From assembly GCA_951406725.2 (NCBI GenBank), contig OX597815.1, forward strand, positions 189,348,001 to 189,412,000: a stretch of 64,000 nt of DNA, written 5' to 3'. Positions 40,868 to 54,679 of this stretch are shown piece after piece. The first letter of the stretch is position 1; each line of letters begins with the position of its first letter. This DNA is from Octopus vulgaris (taxonomy: Eukaryota). The notes below the pieces were generated by a model. The model was not told the origin of the DNA, did no database searches, and saw only the letters and a program-made list of their open reading frames with translations. Both the position numbers and the translations under genes were made by a program.

Positions 40868-41260
40868 TGTAATGTTATTCGTGTTAGAATATCAAAAGTA
40901 ACATCCCATATATTGTACATTTTTTCCCAGTGGAAAGGAAAACCTGTAGAATTATAGTTAAAAACGCCAAAAATGCATATAATATGTAATATGTACACTA
41001 AAAACTGAAAATGTCTGAGCAGTTAATCTCATATCCTGATCCCTCAGCTATTTTGTATCTTGCATTTTAATGAAATCCGTTCACTACTAAACCAAAATAG
41101 CTTCTCTGTCTGTAAAATGTGTTGCTGAAGAACGTTTTTAAGGAAACACCTTAAATTTGTTTCAGAGCTTCGCAATCATTTCACCATTCTCTTTGTTTCT
41201 TTTTCCATTTATTATTCGTTGTCTGACACATCAAATGACTTACAATTCTATAGGCATTAC

Positions 41261-41308
<48 letters not shown>

Positions 41309-41317
41309 TCAACTATA

Positions 41318-41478
41318 GGCGCAGGAGTGGCTGTGTGGTAAGTAGCTTGCTAACCAACCACATGGTTTCGGGTTCAGTCCCACTGCGTGGCATCTTGGGC
41401 AAGTGTCTTCTGCTATAGCCCCGGGCCGACCAATGCCTGTGAGTGGATTTGGTAGATGGAAACAGAAAGAAGCCTGTC

Positions 41479-41524
<46 letters not shown>

Positions 41525-41757
41525 ATGTGTGTGTGTTTGTGTGTCTGTGTTTGTCCCCCCTAGCATTGCTTGACAACCGATGCTGGTGTGTTTACGTCCC
41601 CGTCACTTAGCAGTTCGGCAAAAGAGACCAATAGAATAAGTACTGGGCTTACAAAGAATAAGTCCCGGGGTCGATTTGCTCGACTAAAGGCGGTGCTCCA
41701 GCATGGCCGCAGTCAAATGACTGAAACAAGTAAAAGAGTGAAAGAGTAAGAGAGAGT
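41318..41757 (+). mobile_element. SINE family A
   Basis: Full-length match. Confidence 0.9.
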
Positions 41758-43347
41758 ATTAGTTTGTTTATACAAGCTTCATTCCTATGCAGTCTCGGTA
41801 TTATCAAAAAGGTCTGACGTACCATTTGTACCGAGAGATCATCAAAACATCTTGCAAAGGAGACTTAACAAATTGATCTCCTTCATCTTTACTGAGGAAT
41901 GAATGGAGCTGTCGCCGAGCTCTTTCACTTTCCTGCTATAAAATGTTAGAGGAATGTCGCAATCCCTTGAAAGATATAGAAAATGTTCTCGTTGATAGAA
42001 GGAAGAGATGTTTGACAAGACTTGGTTTCAGCAGAGCATGAAATTACATGACAAAAAAAGAAAAATCGACTCGTTTACTTCCTTTAAATCTAATTTCAGA
42101 TCCTTCAGTGACATCTAAAATCTTATCTGCAGCAAATTACTCGCTAATAGCTACATCCAAAGCACTTTTATTTTACATGCTTTATCGAAACTCTGTTGTC
42201 AAGAAGCTTTTATGCTTATAACTGATATATGCAGCTGATACTATGGGTAGTGTATAATTGAAAAATGTTGTATATTAAGTGTAAGCAATGAAGACATTAT
42301 TTTAATTTTTCTGTAACATCATGAGATGATGTGAGACAAGCCAATAATAACTTTAATGTAAGCTGGAGAATCCAGTTTCATTTAAGCAACCAATATTTAT
42401 TCCTAGAAAGATATAATACAATTTTGCACTGTACAGGAAATCGAGTCTAATCTCATAAGGAAAATAAAATAGTACAAGTAACAAAACTATTACAAAATAG
42501 AAAAAAACTGCGAGAAACCATGTTGAAAGTAATAAAAAACAGTAACAATAACTAGAAGAAAATCAATATGGGCTAAAAAATAACTGCATTACCAGAAAGA
42601 ATCTTTGTGTATGCTTTTATGCTCCTTGAGGTGTAAAATCTAGAGCCTCCTGAGAATTATTCGATTACTTTAGTGGCTTGGATGGTGTGTTAATGTATCA
42701 TCTTTGAGAAGTAAAAATGTTGAGATTCTAAATATTTTACTACAGTACAGAATGATAGTATAATGTCATAAAATTGCCAAACACGACTTTTCACTATGTT
42801 CTTAATGTATTTTAATACATGTATAAATAAACAAATTATGGCTGTTACACTTGCAATTTATGAAATACCACACAGAATTTTCAATAGTCTATTGAATGTA
42901 AAATAGTAATGTTCAAATTTGCTTAAACTCATTATAGAAAGAAGGAAAGACAAGTGGAAATCTGTTCAAAAGGGTCTAATGGAAATTGATCATTGAAGAT
43001 ATTTTGCTTTTAGTTGCTATACAGAATCAATGTTATTCTATTATTAAATATAGCTGATGGCTTACTCAGTCATTGAATATAGTCTCTGTTTGAACTACTT
43101 GTTAAACACTGGTTTTATCTGATTAACTGTGATAATGAATCAATGCAACATCAGTTGAATACTTCATTTAGTAATTAAACTAAGTCATTGGATACAATCA
43201 TTCTTTAACTCAACAACAGAATACATCTGTTGTTAAAAGGCATTTTTGGGTTGTTAAACCGAAAGGTACATTAAATAGTTGATTCTTGAAAGTTGTTAAG
43301 CAATATTGTTAGATAACCAATTGAACACAAATCAATTTTGTATTTAC

Positions 43348-43843
43348 TAGCTAAACCAAACCATCTGATTTAGTTTATATCTAGAATTATGTTACTCAGC
43401 ACCCAATAACCAAGTTGATACATCATTAAAAGTATAGGTTTGCAGCTTACCATGATTATGCTCTTAGCTCTGGAATAGTTATAGGTCATGGTAAAAATTT
43501 TAAAACAAACTAGTGCATGCATATACAGCTGCGTGCGTGCGCACATACATGCGAGTACTGTCCAAATCTCTGACCATTCACATACAGCTAGCTGGCATTC
43601 AATTGGTGTATCAAGTTTCGGGCATTTTGATTGGGTTTTGGATAGAAAATTCACAAAAAAGTCACTTCTATTGAATTTTTAATGGCTTTGCGGGGTGACT
43701 GGGGAAATGTAAAGATATGCACACCCATCCTTGGACGGTTTTGAACGACCATAGAAAGTGCAAGCCCTCTAACTAAAAAATTGTGGATTTGTATAAAGGA
43801 CACACACACAGACAGACATTTTGCCGTTTATATATAGAGAGAT
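43348..43843 (-). mobile_element. Possible non-autonomous Helitron
   Basis: rc begins A|TCTCTCTATATATAAACGGCAAAATGTCTGTCTGTGTGTG (typical 5' TC end + short repeat); candidate 3' CTAG|T with adjacent hairpin near 43348; left boundary uncertain. Confidence 0.45.
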
Positions 43844-44399
43844 ATCTGTAGCGGGCTGAAAGAAAAATGTGTTGTGCCATATCAATTTGATATGATGTAG
43901 CCCACTACTAAATGTAGCGTATTGATGTAATGCTTGAAGGTTCTCACATCGGAGTACCAGTAAACATTGAAGAATTAACACCAAGAAGGAAGAAATATTA
44001 TTTACATATGTTTATTCGTTGCCTGAGTAAAGGTGGTATCACCATTTATTCATTGCCCAACAGGCTGTTAAAGAGACAGTAGCAATTCTAGTGATGGTGA
44101 CGACAAGGAGATGGCTCTCTGGTTAGAAGCTGATAGTGTAGAAAAAGGTTGTCTGTCAATAGAGAGTGAAAGAGTAAGGATTGCATAGTGCTGACTAGAA
44201 AGGAAGAAAGGGTAAAGGTGGTATCAGCATTCTTGCGACCAAAAGCCTCTCTTTGCATGTCAAACAAAGGGCAAAGGGAAGTGCTGCTGTTGGTTAAGTC
44301 CTTTAAGTGCCACTGGCACTCCTGCAAACCAAGCAAGAGTGACATTTTCCCAGGAAATTGTGTTGCACGAACTATTTGATTAAACTTTCTTTCGATAGC

Positions 44400-44819
44400 A
44401 GACTCATCTCAGGCAAGGATAAAATTGAGGCCGACACATCTTTATGACAGGAAGCATCAACCTTATTCCCTATTTCATCTTAAGATCTCACATGCGTAGC
44501 CTCTGTTCAGAAAGATGATAAGAAACTTCAGTCATTACTAGATGATCCTTCTTCTCTTCTTTCCAAGAAGTGTTTCACTTACATGACAAGCCAGGTATTT
44601 GATGGAAATACATCATGCATATCACAATGTTCGCTTCATTCAGCAAAGCTACCAATGAACAGTTTGATGTACATCACATCCCACCAAGAGAGCAAACGAC
44701 CTACAGAATCGATTACTTCAAGATGTGTGGGTTTAAGAATTACCTACCATGTAATAATGAGCAGCTGGGAGTATATGATACCTTGGCATGCCAAGGTTAA
44801 CCTTCATGTCAAGGCCCAC
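44400..44819 (+). pseudogene. Highly decayed Gypsy LTR-retrotransposon pol fragment (RNase H end / integrase zinc-binding region)
   Basis: ISGKDKIEADTS (cf. ISGKDNVVADALSR); SHPTKRA...SITSRCV...W..IPW-AKVNLHVKA (cf. HPG.RAT...YVW...CIPCQRAKVHRH.K); frameshifted. Confidence 0.55.
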
Positions 44820-45277
44820 TTAACCCTTTCGTTACTGTATCTATTTTGAGATGCTCTGTGTTTCTTTCAATTAATTTTAAATATAACAAAGAATTTAGTA
44901 AAATAACTTGGTTATCATTAAGCTAGTGTTAGGAATATAAATTGTGACTAAGGCTTGGTGGAAGATTTTAATTCAAAACTTATGAAAACAAGACATTTGT
45001 ACTACAGAGCCAGTGGCGGTTTCAGCCGGGTTGGTATCAAAAGAGTTAAATTAATCATTTGTTAACCCTTTTGTTACCATATTTCTGTTGAGGTGCTCTG
45101 TGTTTCTTTCAAATGATTTTAAATATAACAAAGAGATTAGTAAAATAACTTAGTTATCATTAAGCTAGTGTTAGGAACATAAATTGGTGGAAGATTTTAA
45201 CTCAAAACTTATGAAAACAAGACATTTGTACTCAGAGCCAGAGGTGGTTTCAGCCGGGTTGGTAATGAAAGGATTAA
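44820..45277 (-). mobile_element. Two tandem piggyBac-type MITEs (family P1)
   Basis: TTAACCCTTT at 44820 and 45062; ends AAGAGTTAA ~45049 and AAGGATTAA ~45277; rc of 27511-27739. Confidence 0.8.
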
Positions 45278-45499
45278 TGCATTTGCTGTGTCAGATGCTC
45301 AATTTCACACTGTATGCACTGACTTAGATCTTTTCCTGATTTGGTTATTGTATTTGCTTGTTATACTCAAAGGCTAGAGACTAACCCCTCATGGATAACA
45401 CACTAGAGAAATTGCAAAAGATCTTTTATAAGACATAGTATCTCTTGCTTTGGTCTTTCTTATCCAATAGCACAAAACAGAGGAAATAGAATCAGTCCT

Positions 45500-46099
45500 T
45501 TATGCGTACCTCTTCCTTCTTTGGACACTAAAACTCTACTTGCGAAGACCTGTTGAGGCAAGTGAAATCAAAAATCAAAATCAAATTCGATGACTGGCAT
45601 CTGTGCTAGTGGGGGGCAAAGAGCACCATACGAGTGTAATCATTGACAGAGCGGCCAACTGGCTTCCGTGCCAGTAGCACTTAAAAGGCGTGATAGTTAC
45701 CTGTGTCGCACTACTGGCACTCGAGCTCTGTGCTAGAAGGGTATTAAGAGCACCATCCGAGCATGATCGTTGCCAGAGCGGCTATCTGGTCTCCATGCCG
45801 GTGGCACGTAAAAGGTATCATTCGAGCGAGATCATTACCAGCATCGCCTTACTGGCACCTGCGCCGGTGGCATGTGTAAAAGATTTGAGAAAAGTTGTTA
45901 CCAGTGCCACCTGACTGGCACGTAAAAGCACCCACTACACTCTTGGAGTAGTTGGCGTTAGGAAGGGCATCAAGCTGTAGAAACTCTGCCAGATCAAGAT
46001 TGAAGCCTGGTGCAGCCATCTGGTTCACCAGTCCTCAGTCATACGTCCAACCCATGCTAGCATGGAAAGCAGATGTTAAACAATGATGATGATGATGAT
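45500..46099 (+). mobile_element. Family R repeat, near full length
   Basis: CTTGCGAAGACCTGTTGAGGCAAG 5' block, ~6 units, 3' block, GAT tail. Confidence 0.82.
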
Positions 46100-46180
46100 C
46101 TGAGACAACACTGAAGCTACCGTGACAATTAGTATTGCTCCAACTAGATGCTCTGTAATCAGACTGGAGCAATGTATATT

Positions 46181-46405
46181 ACTCTTTACTCTTTTACTCA
46201 TTTCAGTTATTTGACTCTGGCCTTGTTGAAGCACCGCCTTTAGTCGAGCAAATCGACCCCAGGACTTATTCTTTGTAAGCCTAGTACTTATTCTATCAGT
46301 CTCTTTTGCCGAATCACTAAGTTACAGGGACGTAAACACACCAGCATCTGTTGTCAAACGATGGGGTGGGGTGGGGTGGGGACAAACACAGACACACAAA
46401 CATAT

Positions 46406-46440
<35 letters not shown>

Positions 46441-46615
46441 GACCTATATACGAAGAGCTTCTTTCAGTTTCTGTCTACCAAATCCACTCACAAGGCTTTG
46501 GTCAACCCGAGGCTATAGTAGAAGACACTTGCCCAAGGTGCCATGTAGTGGGACTGAACCCAGAACCATGTGGTTGGTAAGCAAGCTGCTTACCACACAG
46601 CCACTCCTACGCCTA
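46181..46615 (-). mobile_element. SINE family A
   Basis: Full-length match. Confidence 0.85.
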
Positions 46616-46689
46616 TTGTGCATTTGGGATGACACATGGTAGACATTTCTTCAACTAATCCACATCAACAAGAAACTGTTTCAGTATTA

Positions 46690-46950
46690 CAACCACTAGC
46701 ACCACTAACAACACTACCACCACCACCACCTCTGGTACCACCAACACCACAAACACCACCAGCACAACCAGCACCAAAAGCACCACCAGCAGAACCACCA
46801 CCACTAGCGCCACTAGCACCACCAACACCACTAGCACAAACAACTCCACCGGCACCACAACCACCAGCACCAGCACCAAAAGCACCACCAGCAGAACCAC
46901 CACCACAAGCACTAATACCACAAGAACAACTAGCACCAACAACACCACAG
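46690..46950. repeat. Degenerate (CCA/GCA)n trinucleotide tract, followed by a family R tail and (GAT/GGT)n to ~47085
   Basis: Visible; internal duplicated CCAGCACCAAAAGCACCACCAGCAGAACCACCACCA. Confidence 0.8.
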
Positions 46951-47261
46951 CTTTTCAGCTTACCAGCCCTGGTCAAACCGTCCAACCCATGCCAGCATGG
47001 ACAACAGTCATTAAATGATGATGATGATGGTGATGGTGATGATGGTGATGGTGATGATGGTGATGGTGATGATGATGATGGTGATCAAGGGCAGTAGTAT
47101 CTTTTATCTTTTATCGTTTTCTTGTTGCAGTCATCAGACTGAAACCCTGCAGGGGGCAATGCCATGAAGAATTTCAGTCTAATGAACCCTGTACTTCATT
47201 TTGTTTTTAAATCTGGTGCTTATTCCATCAGTCCCCTTTGGCCAACTGCTAAGTAGCAGCC

Positions 47262-47580
47262 TGTTTCGAAAGAGCTGTTCTTCACTCCTGCTCCAGAGCG
47301 TCAGCTGCGGAGTCATTCCGAAAAGCTCTATCTGCGACAATTTCATCTCAATCGAAGGAGAGGGGCTTTCTCCGTCCGGGTTGCGGATCCGTGGAATAAG
47401 CTGCTGGACGAGATGGTGAAGATGCCGACGACCGCTCGGTTCAAAGTCTCCCTTGATCACAAGTGGCCTAAACTCTTTACATGAACACCACCCCGTACAT
47501 AACTCCATTTCCCCCTACATGGCCTTGCTTTTTGCTTTTTGAGCCAAAAAATTAACTAACTAACTAAACTAAACTAACTA
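47262..47580 (+). mobile_element. CR1-clade LINE 3' end
   Basis: Highly similar to 13890-14197; (CTAA)n tail. Confidence 0.85.
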
Positions 47581-47609
47581 ATACTAACCTCACACTAATA
47601 TTAGGGTAA

Positions 47610-47995
47610 ACTAAGGTAGAAAACCAAGCAAAATGCTTAGTGGTACTTTAACCATATTCACATTCTGAATTCAAATTCTGCTGATGTGTTCTTTGCCTTT
47701 CATCACTTTGGCATCAATAAAATAAGTCATTTCTTTACTGCCCACAAGGGGCTACACACAGGGGGGACAAACAAGAACAGATAAATGAATTAAGTCGATT
47801 ATAATGACCCCAATGTGTAACTGGTATTTATTTAATCAACCCCGAAAGGATGAAAGGCAAAGTTGACCTCGGCGGAATTTGAACTCAGAACGTAGCAGCA
47901 GACAAAATACTGCTATGCATTTCCCCCGGCGTGCTAACGTTTCTACCAGCTTGCAGCCTTCATCAATAAAATGAGTACCAGTTGAGAACTGGGGT
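47610..47995. mobile_element. SINE family M copies, nested (a - strand copy 47728-47960 inside an older + strand copy)
   Basis: CATCAATAAAAT duplicated either side; core motifs in both orientations. Confidence 0.7.
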
Positions 47996-48258
47996 CGGTG
48001 CCAAAATTTGAAACCAATATTAGGAGGAACTGAAAGATGTGTAGAGAATGAGTTCTGTACTTAAGTCTTTGAAAAGACATGTTTCTGTAATCTTAAATGA
48101 GTGACAAGGCTTCGCATATCAAATTATAAAGAATGAGCAGCAAATAGTTTGATATGCCTAAAATATGATACAGAAATAGCATGTTTGTATTGTTAAATCT
48201 ATGAAAGGGGAACCAATATATAATAATATGATCTATGTATACATACATACATATATAT

Positions 48259-48316
<58 letters not shown>

Positions 48317-49079
48317 GTATGTATATATATAAAATGACAGAATACATAATTTATACATTAAACAAAACTGAAATTCAATATATGTGAGGTTTTGTTGAGT
48401 TAATGTCTGATTATGAATATTTGACATGAAAATTATTATTACGGTGTGTGTGTGTGTACATGTATGTATATATATATGCATGTGTATATACATATGTGTG
48501 TGTATGTGTGTGTGTATAAATATATATATACATACATAGGTATATATATATTTGTTTAAACATATACACACATGTATATATATATATATATATACACATC
48601 TGAAATGACAAAACTCAACTTATTTCATTCATGAAGTTTTCTTCTTTTTTTTTTTTTGCTCTCTTCTCTACATATAGAAACTTTCTCCTTATTTATTATA
48701 CCTTCTAAACATGACGTGACGAGAAAGGAACGGGAAGAAAGATCATTTCTAAATACTTATGATATTTAAGTATTGAGTTCCTAATGTTCCAATATGATTC
48801 AGCAAAGGGAAAAAAAAAAAACACTCAACTTATTACAATTATTTAATTTTGTACGAGCAAACACTGAAAGGTAATGGGTTTTCAAATGGACATTAAGCTA
48901 TTCACTAATAATTACATTCACCTGAGACTATAATTCATATGACTATTTCGTTAATCTAATGGTTTTGAAACTACAATATAATTTAAAGTTACCTTATACA
49001 AATGGTCGATCGTAATTATAAAAATAAAAATAATACAAAAATACACATATATATCTATGCACACATGTAGTTGTTTAAT

Positions 49080-49083
49080 TTAT

Positions 49084-49149
<66 letters not shown>

Positions 49150-49179
49150 TAGATAGATATAATATATATATATATATAT

Positions 49180-49232
<53 letters not shown>

Positions 49233-49353
49233 GAGAGAGAGAGAGAGAGAGAGATAGATAGATAGATGGATATACATACATACATATATATAAATACATA
49301 TATATACATGTATATACATACATATATATACATGTATATATATACATGTATAT

Positions 49354-49408
<55 letters not shown>

Positions 49409-49450
49409 TGCATACGGGCATACATATATGTATGTATATGTATATATAGT
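49080..49450. repeat. Compound (TA)n/(GA)n/(TACA)n microsatellite
   Basis: Visible. Confidence 0.92.
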
Positions 49451-49967
49451 AGATGCAATTAACAGAATGAAATATTTTACATATATATATATTTAAACTA
49501 CATTTAGACACTCATTACAATACATTTTGTATATTAATATCTTCCCTAAAATGGATTTGAATAACATTTTCTATTCTGCAACTTTATATTTATTTATTTC
49601 TCAATTAAATTTCATTCTTTATATTCTTTGCTGAATTATAGAGGTTCACGTTTTAAATATGTTGAAAACTTATCCTTTTATAGTGAAATATTCTACATAT
49701 TTAATCATATCCTCGACCAATCACAAATTACAAACATAGATAAAAATCTGGCGATTCTTACTGAATATTTCCACCCAATACATGCAAATTCTTTCACAGA
49801 ACTAATTCTAGAAAGGCTGCATGATATAGGTAAACACAAAAGAAATGATCATAAATCTGAATATTGAATTTGTAATATTTATTCATTTTCAAAGATATTC
49901 AACTGTGTGAGACAAACCAATAACAGCTGAAAAGTTGATTCCTTCCATCTCACAAACAGTAAACTGT

Positions 49968-50617
49968 GTTATTTTTATATAGGCTTAAAGCTTATGGCAA
50001 TTACCATGCAAGACTAAGGAAAGTAGTCTAATAAAGAGGCATATAAGCCCTTGACAGAAAAAAGAAAGCTTTCCTATCTGCAGATAGAAGAGCCTTTTTT
50101 TTTTCTGTCAAGGGCTTATACTCTCTTCTCTTTTACTCTTTTACTTGTTTCAGTCATTTGACTGTGGCCATGCTGGAGCATCGCCTTTAGTCGAGCAAAT
50201 CGACCCCGGGACTTATTCTTTGTAAGCCCAGTACTTATTCTATCGATCTCTTTTGCCGAACCGCTAAGTGACGGGGACGTAAACACACCAGCATCGGTTG
50301 TCAAGCAATGCTAGGGGGACAAACACAGACACACAAACATATACACACACACACATATATATATATACATATATACGACAGGCTTCTTTCAGTTTCCGTC
50401 AACCAAATCCACTCACAAGGCATTGGTCAGCCCGGGGCTATAGCAGATGACACTTGCCCAAGATGCCACGCAGTGGGACTGAACCCGGAACCATGTGGTT
50501 GGTAAACAAGCTACTTACCACACAGTCACTCCTGCACCTATATGCCCCATTATTAGATTATTTTCCTTAGTTATTGCACGGTGATCACCATAAGCTTTAA
50601 GCTTATATAAAAATACC
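49968..50617. mobile_element. Foldback/palindromic MITE-like element interrupted by SINE A
   Basis: ~100-bp arms: 49968-50065 vs 50096-50120 + 50541-50617; centre TATCTGCAGATA. Confidence 0.7.
50121..50540 (-). mobile_element. SINE family A
   Basis: Full-length; inserted at TATA in palindrome arm. Confidence 0.9.
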
Positions 50618-50697
50618 ATTATCATTATTTACAGGATTGTTAAAACGGCGCCTTATAGAAAGAACCATTCACACAGTAAACTGTGTTTATGGTTATC

Positions 50698-52048
50698 ATT
50701 TCTACTGTCGGCACAAGCCCTGAAATTGTGGGGAGAAGGTTAGTTGATTGCATCATCCCCAGTACTCAGCTTGTACTTATTCTATCGACCCCAAAAGGAT
50801 GAAATGTAAATTCGACCTCAGTGGAATTTGAACTCAGAGCATAAAGCTTGAGACATTTTGTCCAACATTTTGCGCTAATAATTCTGCCAGTTTGCTGCCC
50901 TAACTGTGTTTTCAGTGAGGATTTCAAATTTTGGCACAAGGCCAGCAATTATGAAGAGGTAACAAACCAATTACATCGACCCCAGTACTTAACTGGTACC
51001 TATTTTATCAAACCCAATAGGATGAAAGGCAAAGTCAATATCAGACGAATTTGAACTCGGAACATAAAGACAGATGAAATATTGCTAAGCATTTCTCTTG
51101 GCATGCTAACGATTCTTTTCTACACTAGGCACAAAGCTCAAAATTTTGCGGGAGGGAGCCAGTCGATTAGATCAACCCCAGTATGCAACTGGTATGGTAC
51201 TTAATTTATCGACCCTGAAAGAATAAAAGGCAAAGTCAACCTTGGCAGAATTTGAATTCAGAATATAAAGACAGATGAAATACTGCTAAGCATTTCACCC
51301 AGCTTGCAACTATTCTGTCAGCTTGCCACCTTGAAATAATAATAATAATCTTTTCTACTCTAGGCACAAGGCCTGAAATTTTGTGGGAGGGTGGGGCGCA
51401 GTCGATCAGATTGATCCCCCAGTACACAACTGGTACTTAATTTATCAGGGCAGCCAGCTGGCAGAAACGTTAGCACGCCGGGCGAAATGCGTAGCCGTAT
51501 TTCGTCTGTCATTACATTCTGAGTCCAAATTTCGCCGAGGTCGACTTTGCCTTTCATCCTTTCGGGGTCGATAAATCAAGTACCAGTTACGCACTGGGGT
51601 CGATGTAATCGACTTAATACCTATGTCTGTCCTTGTTTGTCCCCTCTATGTTTAGCCCCTTGTGGGTAATAAAGAAATAGGTACTTAATTTATCAACCTC
51701 GAAAGGATGAAAGGCAAAGTCGCCCTCAGCGGAATTTGAACTCAGAACGTAAAGACAGATGAAATACCGTTATGCATTTCACCCAGCATGCTAATGATTC
51801 TGCCAGCTCACTGCTTTGTCCCTATTTATGATAATGGTTTCAAATTTTGGCACATGGTCAGCATGCTCGGGTGCAAGGAATAAGTTGATTACATCAACTC
51901 CAGTGTTCAGCTGGTACCTATTATGTTGACCCCCTGTAGGCTGAAAGGCAAAGTTGACCTCAGTGGAATAGACAGATGAACATAGACAGATGAAATGCTG
52001 CTAAGTATTTTTCTCAGTGTGCTAATGATTCTGCCAGCTCATTGCCTT
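50698..52048. mobile_element. Cluster of ~6-7 SINE family M copies (mostly -, one young + copy 51448-51682 nested)
   Basis: Repeated GGATGAAAGGCAAAGTC...GAATTTGAACTCAG; GGTACTTAATTTATCA duplicated around the + copy. Confidence 0.85.
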
Positions 52049-52715
52049 CTTTTGGCTTATAATAATCTCTGATAAATCTCATTTATGTAATCCACCAAGT
52101 GAAAGAATGAGCCCCTATGCAAGCTCTCAAGATGTTGTAACAGCAAGCTAAATCTCCCTAAAATTACTCCCATACTGATTTTAAAACTGAAATGACATGG
52201 TCAATGTAGCCTTATTCTTTATAGAAAGACGGATTGATCACAGACGGAATTCCCTTAGTCAAAGTTTTTCTCGACCAGGGAAGACCTGCAGGGGATAAAC
52301 AGCAACAACTGCCACCACCTGCCTATAAATAAATACCATGCACAAATACAGGCAAAATAAGTTCTTGATAATTTCATTAGATTTCAGTGTTGAGGTGAAA
52401 TGAATAAATAAATCATAGGTATGTGTGTCAAACCAAAGAGACACACACCTGTTAACCCTTAAACAGCAGAAAAGGGTCGTATGAATATCTGCGTAAAATG
52501 GGCAAAAAACAAAAAATACACTCTTTTTCTTGAGGGTAATTTTCATACTTATTTTCATTTGAAATAAATACGAAAAAATATATAATAGTTGTTAGTCTCT
52601 CACACAGTAAAATTTATGATGCTATCCCATTATCATAAAGGGCCATAAGATACCCACTTTCCTTTATAAATGGTATGAGAATAAATTCATTTGAGATACC
52701 TGCATTGGTGTTAAA

Positions 52716-53190
52716 CATCATCATCATCATCGTTTAACGTCCGCTTCCCATGCTAGCATGGCTTGGACGATTTGACTGAGGACTGGTGAACCAGATGGCT
52801 CCAATCTGATCTGGCAGAGTTTCTACAGCTGGATGCCCTTCCTAATGCCAACCACTCCGAGAGTGTAGTGACTGCTTTTACGTGCCACTGGCACAAGGGC
52901 CAGTCAGGCAGTACTGGCAACAGCCATGCTCAAATGGTGTATTTTTACATGCCACCTGCACAGGAGCCTGTCCAGCGGCACTGGCAACGACCTCACTCGA
53001 ATGTTTTCAATGTTCCAGCAGCACAAGTGCCAAGGTAACACTGGTGGCAATCACGCTCGAATGGTGACTTTTACATGCCACTGGCATGGAAGCTAGTTAG
53101 CTGCTCTGGCAACGATCATGCTCAGATGATGCTCTTAGCACTCCACTAGCACAGATGCAAGTCATCAAATTTGATTTCGATTTCATTGAA
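52716..53190 (-). mobile_element. Family R repeat
   Basis: CAT tail, 3' block, ~5 units. Confidence 0.8.
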
Positions 53191-53302
53191 TTTGATGAAG
53201 GTGCTAATGGAGAAAAATCAGTGCAGTTTTTCAAGAGTTGAAAAAACTGTTGTTGAAGCATCTCTTCTTCCATGCTGTCTGGAACATCATCATGTACCTT
53301 AT

Positions 53303-53689
53303 GTGGAGGTGCAATGGCCCGGTGGTTAGGGCAGCGGACTCGCGGTCGTAGGATCGCGGTTTCGATTCCCAGACCGGGCGTTGTGAGTGTTTATTGAGCG
53401 AAAACACCTAAAAAGCTCCACGAGTCTCTGGCAGGGGATGGTGGTGATCCCTGCTGTACTCTTTCACCACAACTTTCTCTCACTCTTACTTCCTGTTTCT
53501 GTTGTACCTGTATTTCAAAGGGCCGGCATTGTCACTCTCTGTGTCACGCTGAATATCCCCAAGAACTACGTTAAGGGTACACGTGTCTGTGGAGTGCTCA
53601 GCCACTTACACGTTAATTTCACGAGCAGGCTGTTCCATTGATCGGATCAACCGGAACCCTCGTCGTTGTAACTGACGGAGTGCTTCCAC
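53303..53689 (+). mobile_element. tRNA-Arg-like-headed SINE (OR1/OR2-like), young full-length copy
   Basis: A box TGGCCCGGTGGTTAG, TCG anticodon-like loop, B box GGTTTCGATTCCC; 12-bp TSD CATGTACCTTAT. Confidence 0.9.
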
Positions 53690-54406
53690 CATGTACCTTA
53701 TCTAAAAAGGAAGGAAAAATCAGAAAAAATCTTCTTTATTGCTGTATAAATCTTTCATTTGTGACTTGATTTCTCCCATTGATAAGGGTCACTTACGCTT
53801 AGAATCATTTGCCAAAGAAGCCACTCAGGCATTAATTGATGATGGTTACATCAACGATGATGTCTGCCAGTTAAGGTTCAAAGATATTAGCTCTGTAACC
53901 TCCAAATTATTAAGATACAAAAAGAAATCATTGACCTGTCTAAGAGTATTCCTGGAAACGATTCAGAAGCAGTTATTTATTATAATTGCTTACATGCAAT
54001 GATGTTGAAATGTAAAGAATCTGTTGAGCTTATCCAAGCTTTCAACTTTACCGTTTCCTTTTCAGAAGAATCTTGAATTTAAAGTATCAGGAATTATTAA
54101 CATTATGTATTAATACCATCAAGCATTGAATCAATTAAAGCCTATTGAAAAACAGTTGCATTTTTATAAATTCCTTGAGACTTAACAAAGAAAACCAAAG
54201 AAATTGTTTAGCATGGATTTAGATCTTATTATTGTTTTGTGAGTATATGAGTGTGAAGTGGCTGGTTGGTTGAGAATTTTGCTTTGTAAACAAGTGGTTC
54301 TGGGTTCAAACCCACTATATGGCACCTTATGTATGTTTCTCTTACTACAGTCTCAGATTGATCAAAGCTTTTCCAGTGAAATTCAGTTGATCCAAACCTG
54401 CATATA

Positions 54407-54616
54407 TTTTTATTTTACTTGTTTCAGTCATTTGACTGCGGCCATGCTGGAGCACTGCCTTTAGTCAAGCAAATCAACCCCAGGACTTATCCTTTGTAAG
54501 CCTAGTACTTATTCTATTGGTCTCTTTTGATGAACCTCTAAGTTATGGGGACATAAACACACCAGCATCGGTTGTCAAGCGATATTGGCGGGGACAAACA
54601 CAGACACAAACATACA

Positions 54617-54679
<63 letters not shown>

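Noticed and set aside
46636-47097. 153-aa proline-rich ORF
   Set aside because: Degenerate (CCA)n tract running into a family R tail and GAT repeat; not a credible exon.
53303-53380. Functional tRNA genes (also 57085, 33276, 40745, 3410)
   Set aside because: Imperfect acceptor stems, no T-run terminator, and continuity with repeat bodies, often with TSDs, identify them as SINE/PLE heads.
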